A DNA stretch of 64,000 bases from an uncultured Candidatus Saccharibacteria bacterium (lineage in GTDB: Bacteria > Patescibacteriota > Minisyncoccia > UBA6257 > 2-01-FULL-56-20): positions 164,742-228,741 of the forward strand of contig CAZAFA010000001.1 in the NCBI GenBank assembly GCA_964484655.1. Reading direction: 5' to 3'. The first letter of the stretch is position 1, and each line of letters starts with the position of its first letter. Under the pieces are notes generated by a model. The model was not told the DNA's origin and searched no databases. It saw nothing but the letters and a program-made list of their open reading frames with translations. A program made the translations under genes and the position numbers. Shown piece after piece: positions 31,015 to 39,860 of the stretch.

Positions 31015-32343
31015 TTACGCGCAGAGGTCGCGGATGCGCGCGGCGAGGCTGTCGGCAGGCACGCGCTCCTGCTGCGCGGTGTCGCGGTCGCGCACCGTGA
31101 CGGTGCCGTCCTCGAGGGTCTGGAAGTCCACCGTGACGCAGGCGGGCGTCCCGATCTCGTCCTGCGCGAAATAGCGCTTCCCGACGTTGCCGCGGTCGTC
31201 CCAGGCGACCGGGAACTCCTTGAGCAGGCTCTCGTGGAGGGAACGCGCGTACGTGACGAGCTCAGGCTTGTTCGCGAGCAGCGGGAAGACGGCCGCCTTG
31301 TACGGCGCGATGCGGGCCGGCAGCTGGAGCCAGACGCGGCCCTCCTCCTCCCGGTACGCGTCGCAGAGCACCGCGAGCATGGTGCGATCCACGCCCCAGG
31401 TCGGCTCGATCACGTGCGGCCAGGCGTGCTCCCCGCTCTCGAGGTCCAGGTACGGGCCCTTGTCCGGGTAGTGGTTCCGGAGGTCGAAGTCGGTGCGGTA
31501 CGCGAGGCCGTACAGCTCCTTCCGGCCGAACGGGTACTCGTACTCGAGGTCGATGGTGCGCTTGCTGTAGTGCGCGAGGTCCTCCTTCGGCACCTCGAGC
31601 TCGTGGACGTTCGCCGCGTCGATGCCCAGGAGCTCCACCCACTCGTGCATCGCCGCTCGCCAGTGCTCGAAGGCGAGCTCCCAGTCGCTGTCGCTCTTCG
31701 GCGGCGCGATGAAGTACTCGATCTCCATCTGCTCGAACTCGCGCGTGCGGAAGATGAAGTTGCCCGGCGTGATCTCGTTGCGGAACGCCTTCCCGACCTG
31801 CGCGATGCCGAACGGAAGCTTCACGCGCGTGGAGTCGAGGACGTTCTTGAAGTCGACGAACATTCCCTGCGCGGTCTCGGGGCGAAGGTACGTCTCGCTC
31901 GCCGCATCCTCGGTCACGCCGAGGTACGTCTTGAGCATGAGGTTGAAGCTGCGCGCCTCGGTCCAGTCCTGCTTCCCGCACTGCGGGCAATGGGGCAGCT
32001 TCCAGCCCTCTCCTTCCGGCTCGCCGATCTGGTCCGCGCGGAAACGCGCGTTGCAGCTGCGGCACTCGACGAGCGGATCGCTGAATGTCGCACGATGCCC
32101 GCTCGCCTCCCAGACCTTCGGGTTCATGATGAGCGCGGACTCGAGGCCGACCACGTCGGGACGGCGGCGCACGAAGCGGTCCCACCAGAGGTCCCTGATG
32201 TTCTTCCGCAGCTCGACGCCGAGCGGCCCGTAGTCCCAGGAGTTGGCGAGTCCGCCGTAGATCTCGGATCCGGGGAAGACGAAGCCCCGCCGCTTGCAGA
32301 GCGCGACGAGGGTCTCCATGTCGGGAAGGCGCGAAGCGGCCAT
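31015..32343 (-). CDS. glyQS: glycine--tRNA ligase, dimeric (alpha2) type
   Basis: N-terminal CKRRGFVFPGSEIYGGLANSWDYGPLG and class II motifs; 442 aa. Confidence 0.88.
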   Translation of the reverse strand: MAASRLPDMETLVALCKRRGFVFPGSEIYGGLANSWDYGPLGVELRKNIRDLWWDRFVRRRPDVVGLESALIMNPKVWEASGHRATFSDPLVECRSCNARFRADQIGEPEGEGWKLPHCPQCGKQDWTEARSFNLMLKTYLGVTEDAASETYLRPETAQGMFVDFKNVLDSTRVKLPFGIAQVGKAFRNEITPGNFIFRTREFEQMEIEYFIAPPKSDSDWELAFEHWRAAMHEWVELLGIDAANVHELEVPKEDLAHYSKRTIDLEYEYPFGRKELYGLAYRTDFDLRNHYPDKGPYLDLESGEHAWPHVIEPTWGVDRTMLAVLCDAYREEEGRVWLQLPARIAPYKAAVFPLLANKPELVTYARSLHESLLKEFPVAWDDRGNVGKRYFAQDEIGTPACVTVDFQTLEDGTVTVRDRDTAQQERVPADSLAARIRDLCA

Positions 32344-32367
32344 GGTCCGAGTCTAGCGCAGGCGCGG

Positions 32368-34122
32368 CTACTGGACTACGCCGCTTCCCGAGCCGGCCGT
32401 GCCGGCCTGGAGGGCGGTGGTCTGGGTCGGCGCCGTCTGCTTCACCGCGCGGCTCGAGAAGGTATCGACCGCGTTCAGCGTCGTCCCGGTGACCAGGTTC
32501 ACGATCCTCCCCTTCTGGTTCGCCGCCGGCGTGAGCTCGACCTGGAAGGCGGCGCTCACGGTGCCGTTCGCGGCGACGCTGCCCGGACGCCAGGTCACCA
32601 TGCCGGTCCCCGCGTCATAGGTGAGCGCGGACGAGGTCACGCCGCCGAGCTTGCCCGTGAAACGGATGCCGGGCGCGAGCGACGCCGTGACCACCGCGTC
32701 CTGGAGCGGAGCGTTGGCGGGACTGATCGTCCAACGAACGACGTACTGCGTCGCGACGCCGACCTGCGGCGGCTGCGGGCCCGCGTTCGCGACCTGGCCG
32801 AGCGGATCGCGCCAATGCACGGCGGCGGCGAACGAGGTAGCGGCGGCGAGGCGGCCGGTTGCTGAGTCGGTCGCGGTCACGCCGGTCGCGGACGTGCCCG
32901 GCGGGACGGTCGGCGAAGCGGCCGTGACCGTCAGCGGCGCGGTGACGGCTGCGCCGGCGGACGTCCGCGCGAGGCGCACGCCGACCTGCAGCTGGACCGC
33001 CTTGCCCGGCTCGAGCGAACGCAGTCCCGGCACGCCGACGCCGGTCCAGGTCACCACCGGCTCGCGCGCGGAGAGCGCGCCGCCCTGCGCCTGCACCGAA
33101 GAAAGGACGAAGAGCGATCCGCCGAGCGTCGCACGCACCTGGATGTCGGCGAGCGGGATCGTGGCGAGGTTCCTGACCTCGATCTGGTACGTGATCGACT
33201 CGTTGAGGTCGACCGGCGCCTCCTTCTGGCCCTTGAGGAGCACCGTCACGGCGAGCGCATCCGAGGAGACCTCGACCGTCGCGGACCGCTCCGCGAGCTG
33301 CCGCTGCCCCTGGGTGACCGTCGCGCGGATAGGCATCTCGTGGGGCGCGCCAGGCCCGGGCACGAGCGAGAGAGCCACGGTGCCCTGCTGCCGAGCGGGA
33401 ATCGACGGCAAAAGCAGGACGTTCGACGTCAGCGCGGGCGTGCTGCTCGCGACGGTCAGGCCGCGCGGCAGGGAGAGCTCGAGGCGGATGCCTGTCAGCG
33501 GCTGGTCGGTGTTGTTGCGGTAGCGCAGCGACGCGGAGAACGGCGCGATCCGCACCACCGCAGCGGGAGCCTCTATCGCCAGCGAGAGCGCGGGCTGCTG
33601 CACGATGAGCTCGCCCTGGGCGCCGGCGGAGAAGCGCCGGGAGACGTCGCGCGCGGTCGCGTAGGTCGCCTCGGCCGAGACCGGCACGGCGCTCGACGGA
33701 TCCAGCTCCGTGCTCAGCACGAGCGTGACCTCCTTCTCCTCGCCCGGGGCGAGGTCGCCGATCGCGACCACCGGCACCTCGATGCTCGACGAGGCAGTCT
33801 CGGCGTCGAGACCCGCAGCGGTCGTCTTCTCGGGCAGGCGCACCGCGAGCTCGACCGCGAGGGCCGTATCTTTCGGCGAGGCGTTGCGGACCGTGACCTT
33901 CAGGTCGCGCATCGAGCCGGGCACCAGGGGCTGCGCGTCGAGGACGACCGATACCGGAAGGGACACGGCGCGGGTCGTCCACCAGTACGCCGCGGCGCCT
34001 CCCCCGAGCACGAGCACGGCGACGAAGCCGCCTATGATCCAATGCAGGTACGAGCGCCGCTCGCCGACCACCACCGCTTGCTGGTACGGGGTCGTTCCCC
34101 AGGGGGATTCAGGAGCGTCCAT
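32368..34122 (-). CDS. membrane-anchored surface protein with tandem DUF11-like/Ig-like repeats
   Basis: start at MDAPESP..; N-terminal TM; repeated ...VTVRNASPKD.../...EVRNLATIPL... beta-sandwich-type repeats. Confidence 0.5.
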   Translation of the reverse strand: MDAPESPWGTTPYQQAVVVGERRSYLHWIIGGFVAVLVLGGGAAAYWWTTRAVSLPVSVVLDAQPLVPGSMRDLKVTVRNASPKDTALAVELAVRLPEKTTAAGLDAETASSSIEVPVVAIGDLAPGEEKEVTLVLSTELDPSSAVPVSAEATYATARDVSRRFSAGAQGELIVQQPALSLAIEAPAAVVRIAPFSASLRYRNNTDQPLTGIRLELSLPRGLTVASSTPALTSNVLLLPSIPARQQGTVALSLVPGPGAPHEMPIRATVTQGQRQLAERSATVEVSSDALAVTVLLKGQKEAPVDLNESITYQIEVRNLATIPLADIQVRATLGGSLFVLSSVQAQGGALSAREPVVTWTGVGVPGLRSLEPGKAVQLQVGVRLARTSAGAAVTAPLTVTAASPTVPPGTSATGVTATDSATGRLAAATSFAAAVHWRDPLGQVANAGPQPPQVGVATQYVVRWTISPANAPLQDAVVTASLAPGIRFTGKLGGVTSSALTYDAGTGMVTWRPGSVAANGTVSAAFQVELTPAANQKGRIVNLVTGTTLNAVDTFSSRAVKQTAPTQTTALQAGTAGSGSGVVQ

Positions 34123-34615
34123 GGCGCAATGGTACCACCTCGCCCGGCGGCGGCGCATGCGGCGCGTGCTCCGCGCAGAGGAATTCCTGGTTCCTGACGA
34201 TGAAGGCGGCTGCGGCACGCCCGCATGCCGTGCAGGAGGCGTGCCGCGGGTCCCAGCCGAGCGCGACGAGCGCCGCGCTCCAGTCCATGCGGCTCGCGGT
34301 AGCGATCCTCCAGACCTCGGGCTCGGAGACATGCTCGGGAAGCAGCCGGTCCAGGAGCAGGCACTCCCCGAGATCGCGGACGGACTCCTTGATGGTGAGC
34401 GCGTCGCCGACGCGGATGTCGCGCTGCTCGATCAGGCGCACGGATACCACGCTTCCTTCAAGGAGATGCGGGCCGAGGCGCGAGGTGATCTTCCGTCCCG
34501 ACACGACGGTGGCGTGGAGCCTCCCGAGCTCCTCGGCGAAGAGCGAGACGCGCAGGTCGGCCTCCCCCTGCGGGTAGCGCGCGAGCACGAGCGCGCGGGT
34601 CACCGGTTCGTGCAT
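34109..34615 (-). CDS. recO: DNA repair protein RecO (short)
   Basis: N-terminal OB-fold pattern RALVLARYPQGEADLRVSLFAEELGRL...GRKITSRL; C-terminal C-x2-C...C zinc motif. Confidence 0.6.
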   Translation of the reverse strand: MHEPVTRALVLARYPQGEADLRVSLFAEELGRLHATVVSGRKITSRLGPHLLEGSVVSVRLIEQRDIRVGDALTIKESVRDLGECLLLDRLLPEHVSEPEVWRIATASRMDWSAALVALGWDPRHASCTACGRAAAAFIVRNQEFLCAEHAPHAPPPGEVVPLRHGRS

Positions 34616-34662
34616 GGATCCAGTGTACGGCATCGCAAAAGGGACACCGCTAGGTGCCCCTT

Positions 34663-35322
34663 TCATTCCTGTCTCGCCTCCTGTCTTTTCTCGAGGATGC
34701 CGAGCATCTGTTCCGTGATCGCGTCACGCTCCTGGGTGCCGTCTATGACGTGATACTGCCAGCCCAGGATCGATGGCGCCTGGAGATACCGGCTGCGCCG
34801 CTGGACGTACTCGTCGAGTCCCGCGCGATCGAAGTGATTCGTCGTCCGCGCGATGTCGTCCGATACGCCATGGACACGCCGGAGCGCGACCTCGGGCGGC
34901 ACGTCTATGACGAACAGCTCGCGCGGGATCCATCGCAGCATCTCAATCACGACCCGGCTCACCTCGAGGATCCGCTCGGCGGTCAGCCCGTACTGCGTCT
35001 GATAGACCAGCGTCGAGACGATCGAGCGATCGGCTATGACGCTTCTCCCTGCGTTCACGGCCGGCTCGACGACGGTCCTCATCAGGTACTCGCGCTGGAG
35101 CGTGAACATCAGCAGCATCTCCTCGCTGTTGAGCCGCACGTCGTCAGCGAGCAGGATCTGCCGAAGATGCATGCCCATCGGCGTGCCTCCGGGTTCGGCG
35201 ACCTTGACGTAGCCTGATTCTTCACCGCCGAGCCTCTCGAAGAGGCGCTCGACCTGGGTCGTCTTTCCGACCCCGTCCATTCCCTCGACGATGATCAGGC
35301 GACCTAGCTTATGTATGGCCAT
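34663..35322 (-). CDS. tmk: thymidylate kinase
   Basis: IIVEGMDGVGKTT P-loop; DR lid region; start at MAIHKLG.. (219 aa). Confidence 0.85.
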   Translation of the reverse strand: MAIHKLGRLIIVEGMDGVGKTTQVERLFERLGGEESGYVKVAEPGGTPMGMHLRQILLADDVRLNSEEMLLMFTLQREYLMRTVVEPAVNAGRSVIADRSIVSTLVYQTQYGLTAERILEVSRVVIEMLRWIPRELFVIDVPPEVALRRVHGVSDDIARTTNHFDRAGLDEYVQRRSRYLQAPSILGWQYHVIDGTQERDAITEQMLGILEKRQEARQE

Positions 35323-35408
35323 TGAGCCACCTCCTATTCGATTTTGCTTTGCCGAGGCCACCATAGAGCAATGCCCCGGACTCGTGAAGAGCCGGGGCAT
35401 CGTTTCGT

Positions 35409-37094
35409 TTACGCAGCCTGCGCGAGGGCCACGCCGACCGCCTCGCGGGCGAACCGGTACGCTGGGGTACGGTCCGTCCGTGAGATTTTCTTCCACCACG
35501 GGAGCCGGCGGAGGATGTCGTCGTCGAACGACAGGACGACCTGGCGCGCCTCGTGGTTGACGTTGAACCCCGAACGCTGCCAGCAGAGGAACTCCATCTG
35601 CCGCAGGTTCGACAGGTGCGTCGTGCCCACGTTGAAGCCGAGCGGCACCACGTACTGCAGCGTCTCTGGTTCCACTTTTTGACCGAGGTAGCGGTCGTAC
35701 ACGCGGAGCGTGTCATGCGCAATCAGCCCGAAGTCCTGCGCCAGGCTCTCCGGCATCGGCTTGTCGTACTGGTAGAACCCCAGGTACGGCGTGAGCAGGG
35801 TGCGCTCGTTGCTCGAGCAGACGTGCCGCTGGATCTCACGCCAGGTCCTGAAGGACATCAGGCGCGCGAACCGCACGACGGCGTTCTCGAACAGCGGCGG
35901 GAGCCGATCGTGGTCCCCGCGCGGCTCGAAGAGTCCCGCCTTCTCGAGCATCAGCTCGACGTCGCCTCCGCCGAAGCCGAGGAATCCCAGCCCGTCCGCG
36001 ATGGCGCGCTCGGCGTCCTCGTGCGTCCACGGCGTGAGCAGGCTTCCCGGCTTACCCACCAGCCCCTTGAACGCGCCCCAGTCGAGGTAGCGCGCTTGAG
36101 CCTGTTCCCACGGAGTCGGCTCGAGGTGCTGCGCGAACTGCCCGAGACCGGACTGAGCGAGCTCGTCGAGCAGCAGCTCGGCGAGCGCCGTCGTCTCGGA
36201 AAGCCCTTCCAGCAGCAGGCACTTGATCAGCGACCTGAGCGCCTCGCCGGATACCGCGCAGCCGACCGACGTATAGGTCGCGGCCGGCAGGGCGTTCGCC
36301 AGGACGTCGCACACTTCCCCGAAGATGGGTCCGCGTGGAACGTCCGGGTAGAGCCCCTGGAGGTAGTCCGTGAAGGATTCCGCCTGTCCGGTATAGACAT
36401 CGGCGCATCCGCGCAGCAGCGCCTCGAGGTCGCCCTCGACGGCGAAGCCGGCCGCGGTCAGCTCGTCGCCGACCGGGTACCAGGCTGCCGTACGCATGTC
36501 CACGTAGCGCGTGGAAAGCTCGATGTAGCCGGCACCGACGCGCGCGTGCTCGAGCGCCTTGGCGGCGAGGGTCGAGACCTGCTCGAAGCAGGCGATGACC
36601 GTCCCCATCCGGGCAATCGAGTTGTGCCCGTACTTGTCGAGATAGGTCTCGAGCAGGCGGCGGGTCCTCGCGCCGTTGGCGAACCGCTTCAGGTACTCGG
36701 GATCGCTGCACAGGTTCTGGCGGAAGTTCAGCCAGATGCCCCAGGAATCCGGGTCGAAACCGATGAAGTCATCGAGCGACGCGAATCCCTTCGCCTTGAT
36801 GAACGCCTCCGTGTCGCCGGCGAACTCCTGCCCGACGGCAGGGTGCTCGCTCGCGAGGAAGCTCAGGGCGATGACGTCCGCGAAGACGCCGCGCAATCCT
36901 CGTGCGTTCTTGATGCGGGAGTACATCGCGAGCATCGATGCCGCGACGTTGCTCGGCAGGTTCTCCACGAGGAAGACGTGCCGGTCCAGGTTGCTGAAGA
37001 AGGGGCGCAGGGCCGTCTTCTCGTTCTCGGTAAAGCCGTACGGGACCGTACGGCGGACGTGCTCGCGCGCGAACGCGAGCTGCGCTTCTGTCAT
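35409..37094 (-). CDS. ThyX-family (flavin-dependent thymidylate synthase)-like protein, unusually long/tandem
   Basis: 561 aa; EHARVGAGYIELSTRYV resembles the RHR..S..S.RY ThyX signature; second copy-like region (EIQRHVCSSNERT; LSNLRQMEFLCWQR...HEARQV); AGGAG RBS; adjacent to tmk. Confidence 0.45.
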   Translation of the reverse strand: MTEAQLAFAREHVRRTVPYGFTENEKTALRPFFSNLDRHVFLVENLPSNVAASMLAMYSRIKNARGLRGVFADVIALSFLASEHPAVGQEFAGDTEAFIKAKGFASLDDFIGFDPDSWGIWLNFRQNLCSDPEYLKRFANGARTRRLLETYLDKYGHNSIARMGTVIACFEQVSTLAAKALEHARVGAGYIELSTRYVDMRTAAWYPVGDELTAAGFAVEGDLEALLRGCADVYTGQAESFTDYLQGLYPDVPRGPIFGEVCDVLANALPAATYTSVGCAVSGEALRSLIKCLLLEGLSETTALAELLLDELAQSGLGQFAQHLEPTPWEQAQARYLDWGAFKGLVGKPGSLLTPWTHEDAERAIADGLGFLGFGGGDVELMLEKAGLFEPRGDHDRLPPLFENAVVRFARLMSFRTWREIQRHVCSSNERTLLTPYLGFYQYDKPMPESLAQDFGLIAHDTLRVYDRYLGQKVEPETLQYVVPLGFNVGTTHLSNLRQMEFLCWQRSGFNVNHEARQVVLSFDDDILRRLPWWKKISRTDRTPAYRFAREAVGVALAQAA

Positions 37095-37150
37095 AACGTT
37101 GTATCTCCTTTCTGACGTATTCGATTTTCTAGGATCGTGACCTCCTTATA

Positions 37151-37612
37151 TCAGGAATCGCCGGGGTGTCCATGTCCCGGGACGCGCCTGAAGACGAGCT
37201 TGTGATAGCCCAGGAAATTCAGCATGAGCGACACGCCGGTGGCGACGAGCTTCGCCAGGTTGGCCCAGAGCGTGGCGTTGAGGGCGAACGGCGACCACCA
37301 GACGAGGATGCTGCTGATCCCGACGTTCACCAGGAAGCTCACGACCGTGACGAGGTAGAACTGCGGGAGCTCGCGGCGCGGGTCGCGGCGCTTCTCGCGG
37401 AAGGTCCAGTTCCGGTTCCAGAGGAAGCTGTTGAGCGTCGCTGCGGCGAACGAGACCGTCGCGAGCACGGGGAAGATGCGCGCGTGCGAGTCCCCTTGCG
37501 CGAACAGGTACAGAAGCAGGTTGAGGACGGCGAGGTCGACGAGCGTGTTGAGGACGCCCACGACGCCGAAGCGGATCAGCCGCGGCGCGTGCTTCTTCAG
37601 GAGGCGCACCAT
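37151..37612 (-). CDS. GtrA-family membrane protein
   Basis: 153 aa; RLIRFGVVGVLNTLVDLAVLNLLLYLF GtrA-like N-terminus; four TM helices. Confidence 0.7.
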   Translation of the reverse strand: MVRLLKKHAPRLIRFGVVGVLNTLVDLAVLNLLLYLFAQGDSHARIFPVLATVSFAAATLNSFLWNRNWTFREKRRDPRRELPQFYLVTVVSFLVNVGISSILVWWSPFALNATLWANLAKLVATGVSLMLNFLGYHKLVFRRVPGHGHPGDS

Positions 37613-37613
37613 C

Positions 37614-39494
37614 CTACGCGAGGACGCCGCGGATGCGCCGGATGCCGGCCGCCACCGCCTCCTGCTTGCTGATGCGGATGCCGCCGATCTCGCCGGTGCG
37701 CTTCACGTGCGGGCCGCCGCAGAACTCCTTGCTGAAGGCGCCGTCCCAGTCGTAGCCGATGCGCCAGACGCGCACGACGTCGCCGTACTTGGCGTTCATC
37801 ACCGTCAGGGCGCCGGTCTTGTCCGCCTCCTCGCGCGGCATCTCGAACATCTCCATCGGCAGGTCCTCCCTGATCTTCTCGTTGACCAGGTCCTCGACGC
37901 GCTTGAGCTCCTCGTCGGTGAGCTTGCGGTCGAAGGTGAAGTCGAAGCGCGTCCGCTCCGCGGTGATGTCGCTTCCCGCCTGGCGAACCTCGGGGCCGAG
38001 GACTTCGCGGAGCGCGGACTGGATCATGTGCGTCGCCGTGTGCAGCCGGCTCACCTTCTCGTACTCCTCGGGCGAGCTCGTGCGGATGTCCCCGTTCTCG
38101 TCGTACATGCCGTGGCCGCCGAACTTCTTCTCGGCGCCCGCGCGGGATTTCTCGCGATGCTCGTCCATCTGCTTCTGGAACTCCGCGATACGCGCCTCGC
38201 GCTCCTCGCCGGCCACGTTGAGGATCTCCAGCGAGAGCTCCACCGGGTAGCCGTACGTCGTGTACATAGTGAAGAGATCCACGCCTTCTCCGAGCTTCTG
38301 CGCGCCCTCGCTGAGGGTCTTCCGGAACTTGCGCTCCTCGGCGACGAAGACCTCGCTGATCTCGCTCGCCTTCTCGGTCAGCACGGGATAGGTATCCGCG
38401 TAGATCTCCGGCAGGACCTGGAAGATGCTCAGGAGCGAATCCCCCTGGAGGCCGAGCTTGTCCGCGCGCACGATGGCGCGGCGCAGCAGCCGCCGCAGGA
38501 CGTAGCCCCGCGCAGAGTTGCTCGGCACGACGCCGTCCGCTATGAGGAACGCCGAGGCCTTCAGGTGATCGGCGAGGACGCGGTAGCTGTACTCGTTGCC
38601 TTCGTACGCCGACCCGGAGCGCTCCGCGATGCGATCGAGGAGCGGCTTGAAGAGCGCGGTCTGGAAGACGTCCGGGTCACCGACCGCAGCAGCGGCGATG
38701 CGCTCGAGCCCGCCACCGAAGTCCACGTTCTGCTTGGCGAGCTTGTCGAAGCCGTTCTCCGTCTTCTTATATTCCATGAAGACGGAATTCCCGATCTCGA
38801 GGAAGCGGCCGCAGTCGCAGTTCGGGTGGCAGTGCGCGCCGAAGGCAGGGTCATGAGGGATCCCGGAGAACTCGAAGAAGACCTCGGAATCAGGGCCGCC
38901 AGGTTCGCCGACCGGCATCTTCGCGGGACTGCCCTGCCGGCACCACCAGTTCTTGTCCCGGTAGTAGAAGATGCGCTCTCCTTCCTTCATGCCGCGCGTT
39001 GCGGCCTCCTCCTCGGTGACCATCTCGCCGATGCCGTTGCTGACGCCCTTCTTCGCGAAAAGCCCCTGCCAGATGCCGGCTGCCTCCTCGTCGCGCGGGA
39101 GGTCGTTGTCCGGATCGCCGGCGTACACCGTCACGTAGAGGCGCTCCGGGTCGAGCTTGACGACCTCGGTGAGGAACTCGAAGAACCACGGGAGCTGCTC
39201 CTTCTTGAAGTAGTCTCCCAGGGACCAGTTCCCGAGCATCTCGAAGAACGTGGTGTGCCGGTTGTCCCCGACCTCCTCGATGTCCTGGACGCGCAGGCAT
39301 TTCTGCGAATCCGCGAGGCGCGCGCCGTCCGGATGCTCCTGGCCGAGCAGGTACGGCACGAGCGGTTGCATGCCGGAGCCGGTGAAGAGCGTCGTCGGGT
39401 CGTTCTCCGGAGTGAGCGAAGAGCTCGGGATGACCGTGTGCCCGCGCTCCTCGAAGAACTTCAGGTAGGCGGAGCGGATGTCGTTCGCGTTCAT
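37614..39494 (-). CDS. alaS: alanine--tRNA ligase, short form lacking C-terminal C-Ala domain
   Basis: MNANDIRSAYLKFFEERGHTVIPSSSL...FTGSGMQP catalytic core; editing-domain HTATHM motif; 626 aa. Confidence 0.88.
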   Translation of the reverse strand: MNANDIRSAYLKFFEERGHTVIPSSSLTPENDPTTLFTGSGMQPLVPYLLGQEHPDGARLADSQKCLRVQDIEEVGDNRHTTFFEMLGNWSLGDYFKKEQLPWFFEFLTEVVKLDPERLYVTVYAGDPDNDLPRDEEAAGIWQGLFAKKGVSNGIGEMVTEEEAATRGMKEGERIFYYRDKNWWCRQGSPAKMPVGEPGGPDSEVFFEFSGIPHDPAFGAHCHPNCDCGRFLEIGNSVFMEYKKTENGFDKLAKQNVDFGGGLERIAAAAVGDPDVFQTALFKPLLDRIAERSGSAYEGNEYSYRVLADHLKASAFLIADGVVPSNSARGYVLRRLLRRAIVRADKLGLQGDSLLSIFQVLPEIYADTYPVLTEKASEISEVFVAEERKFRKTLSEGAQKLGEGVDLFTMYTTYGYPVELSLEILNVAGEEREARIAEFQKQMDEHREKSRAGAEKKFGGHGMYDENGDIRTSSPEEYEKVSRLHTATHMIQSALREVLGPEVRQAGSDITAERTRFDFTFDRKLTDEELKRVEDLVNEKIREDLPMEMFEMPREEADKTGALTVMNAKYGDVVRVWRIGYDWDGAFSKEFCGGPHVKRTGEIGGIRISKQEAVAAGIRRIRGVLA

Positions 39495-39542
39495 GGGAAT
39501 CGGTACGCCTACTCTAGCGGATGCGCCCTCTGGCGCGAAGCC

Positions 39543-39860
39543 CTATCGGGTCAGTAGCAGCCCGACGAACGCAGCCAGCGTGATGCCGAAGAAGATGAGG
39601 AGCGTCCACTGGAACAGCGAGACCGCGTCCTTCTTGCGCCCGTCCAGGTACCAGAGCACCGGCTTGCCGAGCATCAGGTAGGCGGTCAGCGCCGCGGAGA
39701 ACACGAACAGCGAGATCATCGCGATCGGCGTCAGCCACGTGTCCGGCGTATTCTCGCCGAATACCTTGCCAGCGTTCTGCAGGAACGTGCCGACGCCGGC
39801 GATGTAGAGCGCCGTCCCTGACGCGTTGAGCGCCGCCTGCCTGACGATGCCGCCCTTCAT
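39543..39860 (-). CDS. small membrane protein (three TM helices), hypothetical
   Basis: 105 aa starting MKGGIVRQ.. directly after the rpoD stop (1-nt overlap). Confidence 0.45.
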   Translation of the reverse strand: MKGGIVRQAALNASGTALYIAGVGTFLQNAGKVFGENTPDTWLTPIAMISLFVFSAALTAYLMLGKPVLWYLDGRKKDAVSLFQWTLLIFFGITLAAFVGLLLTR

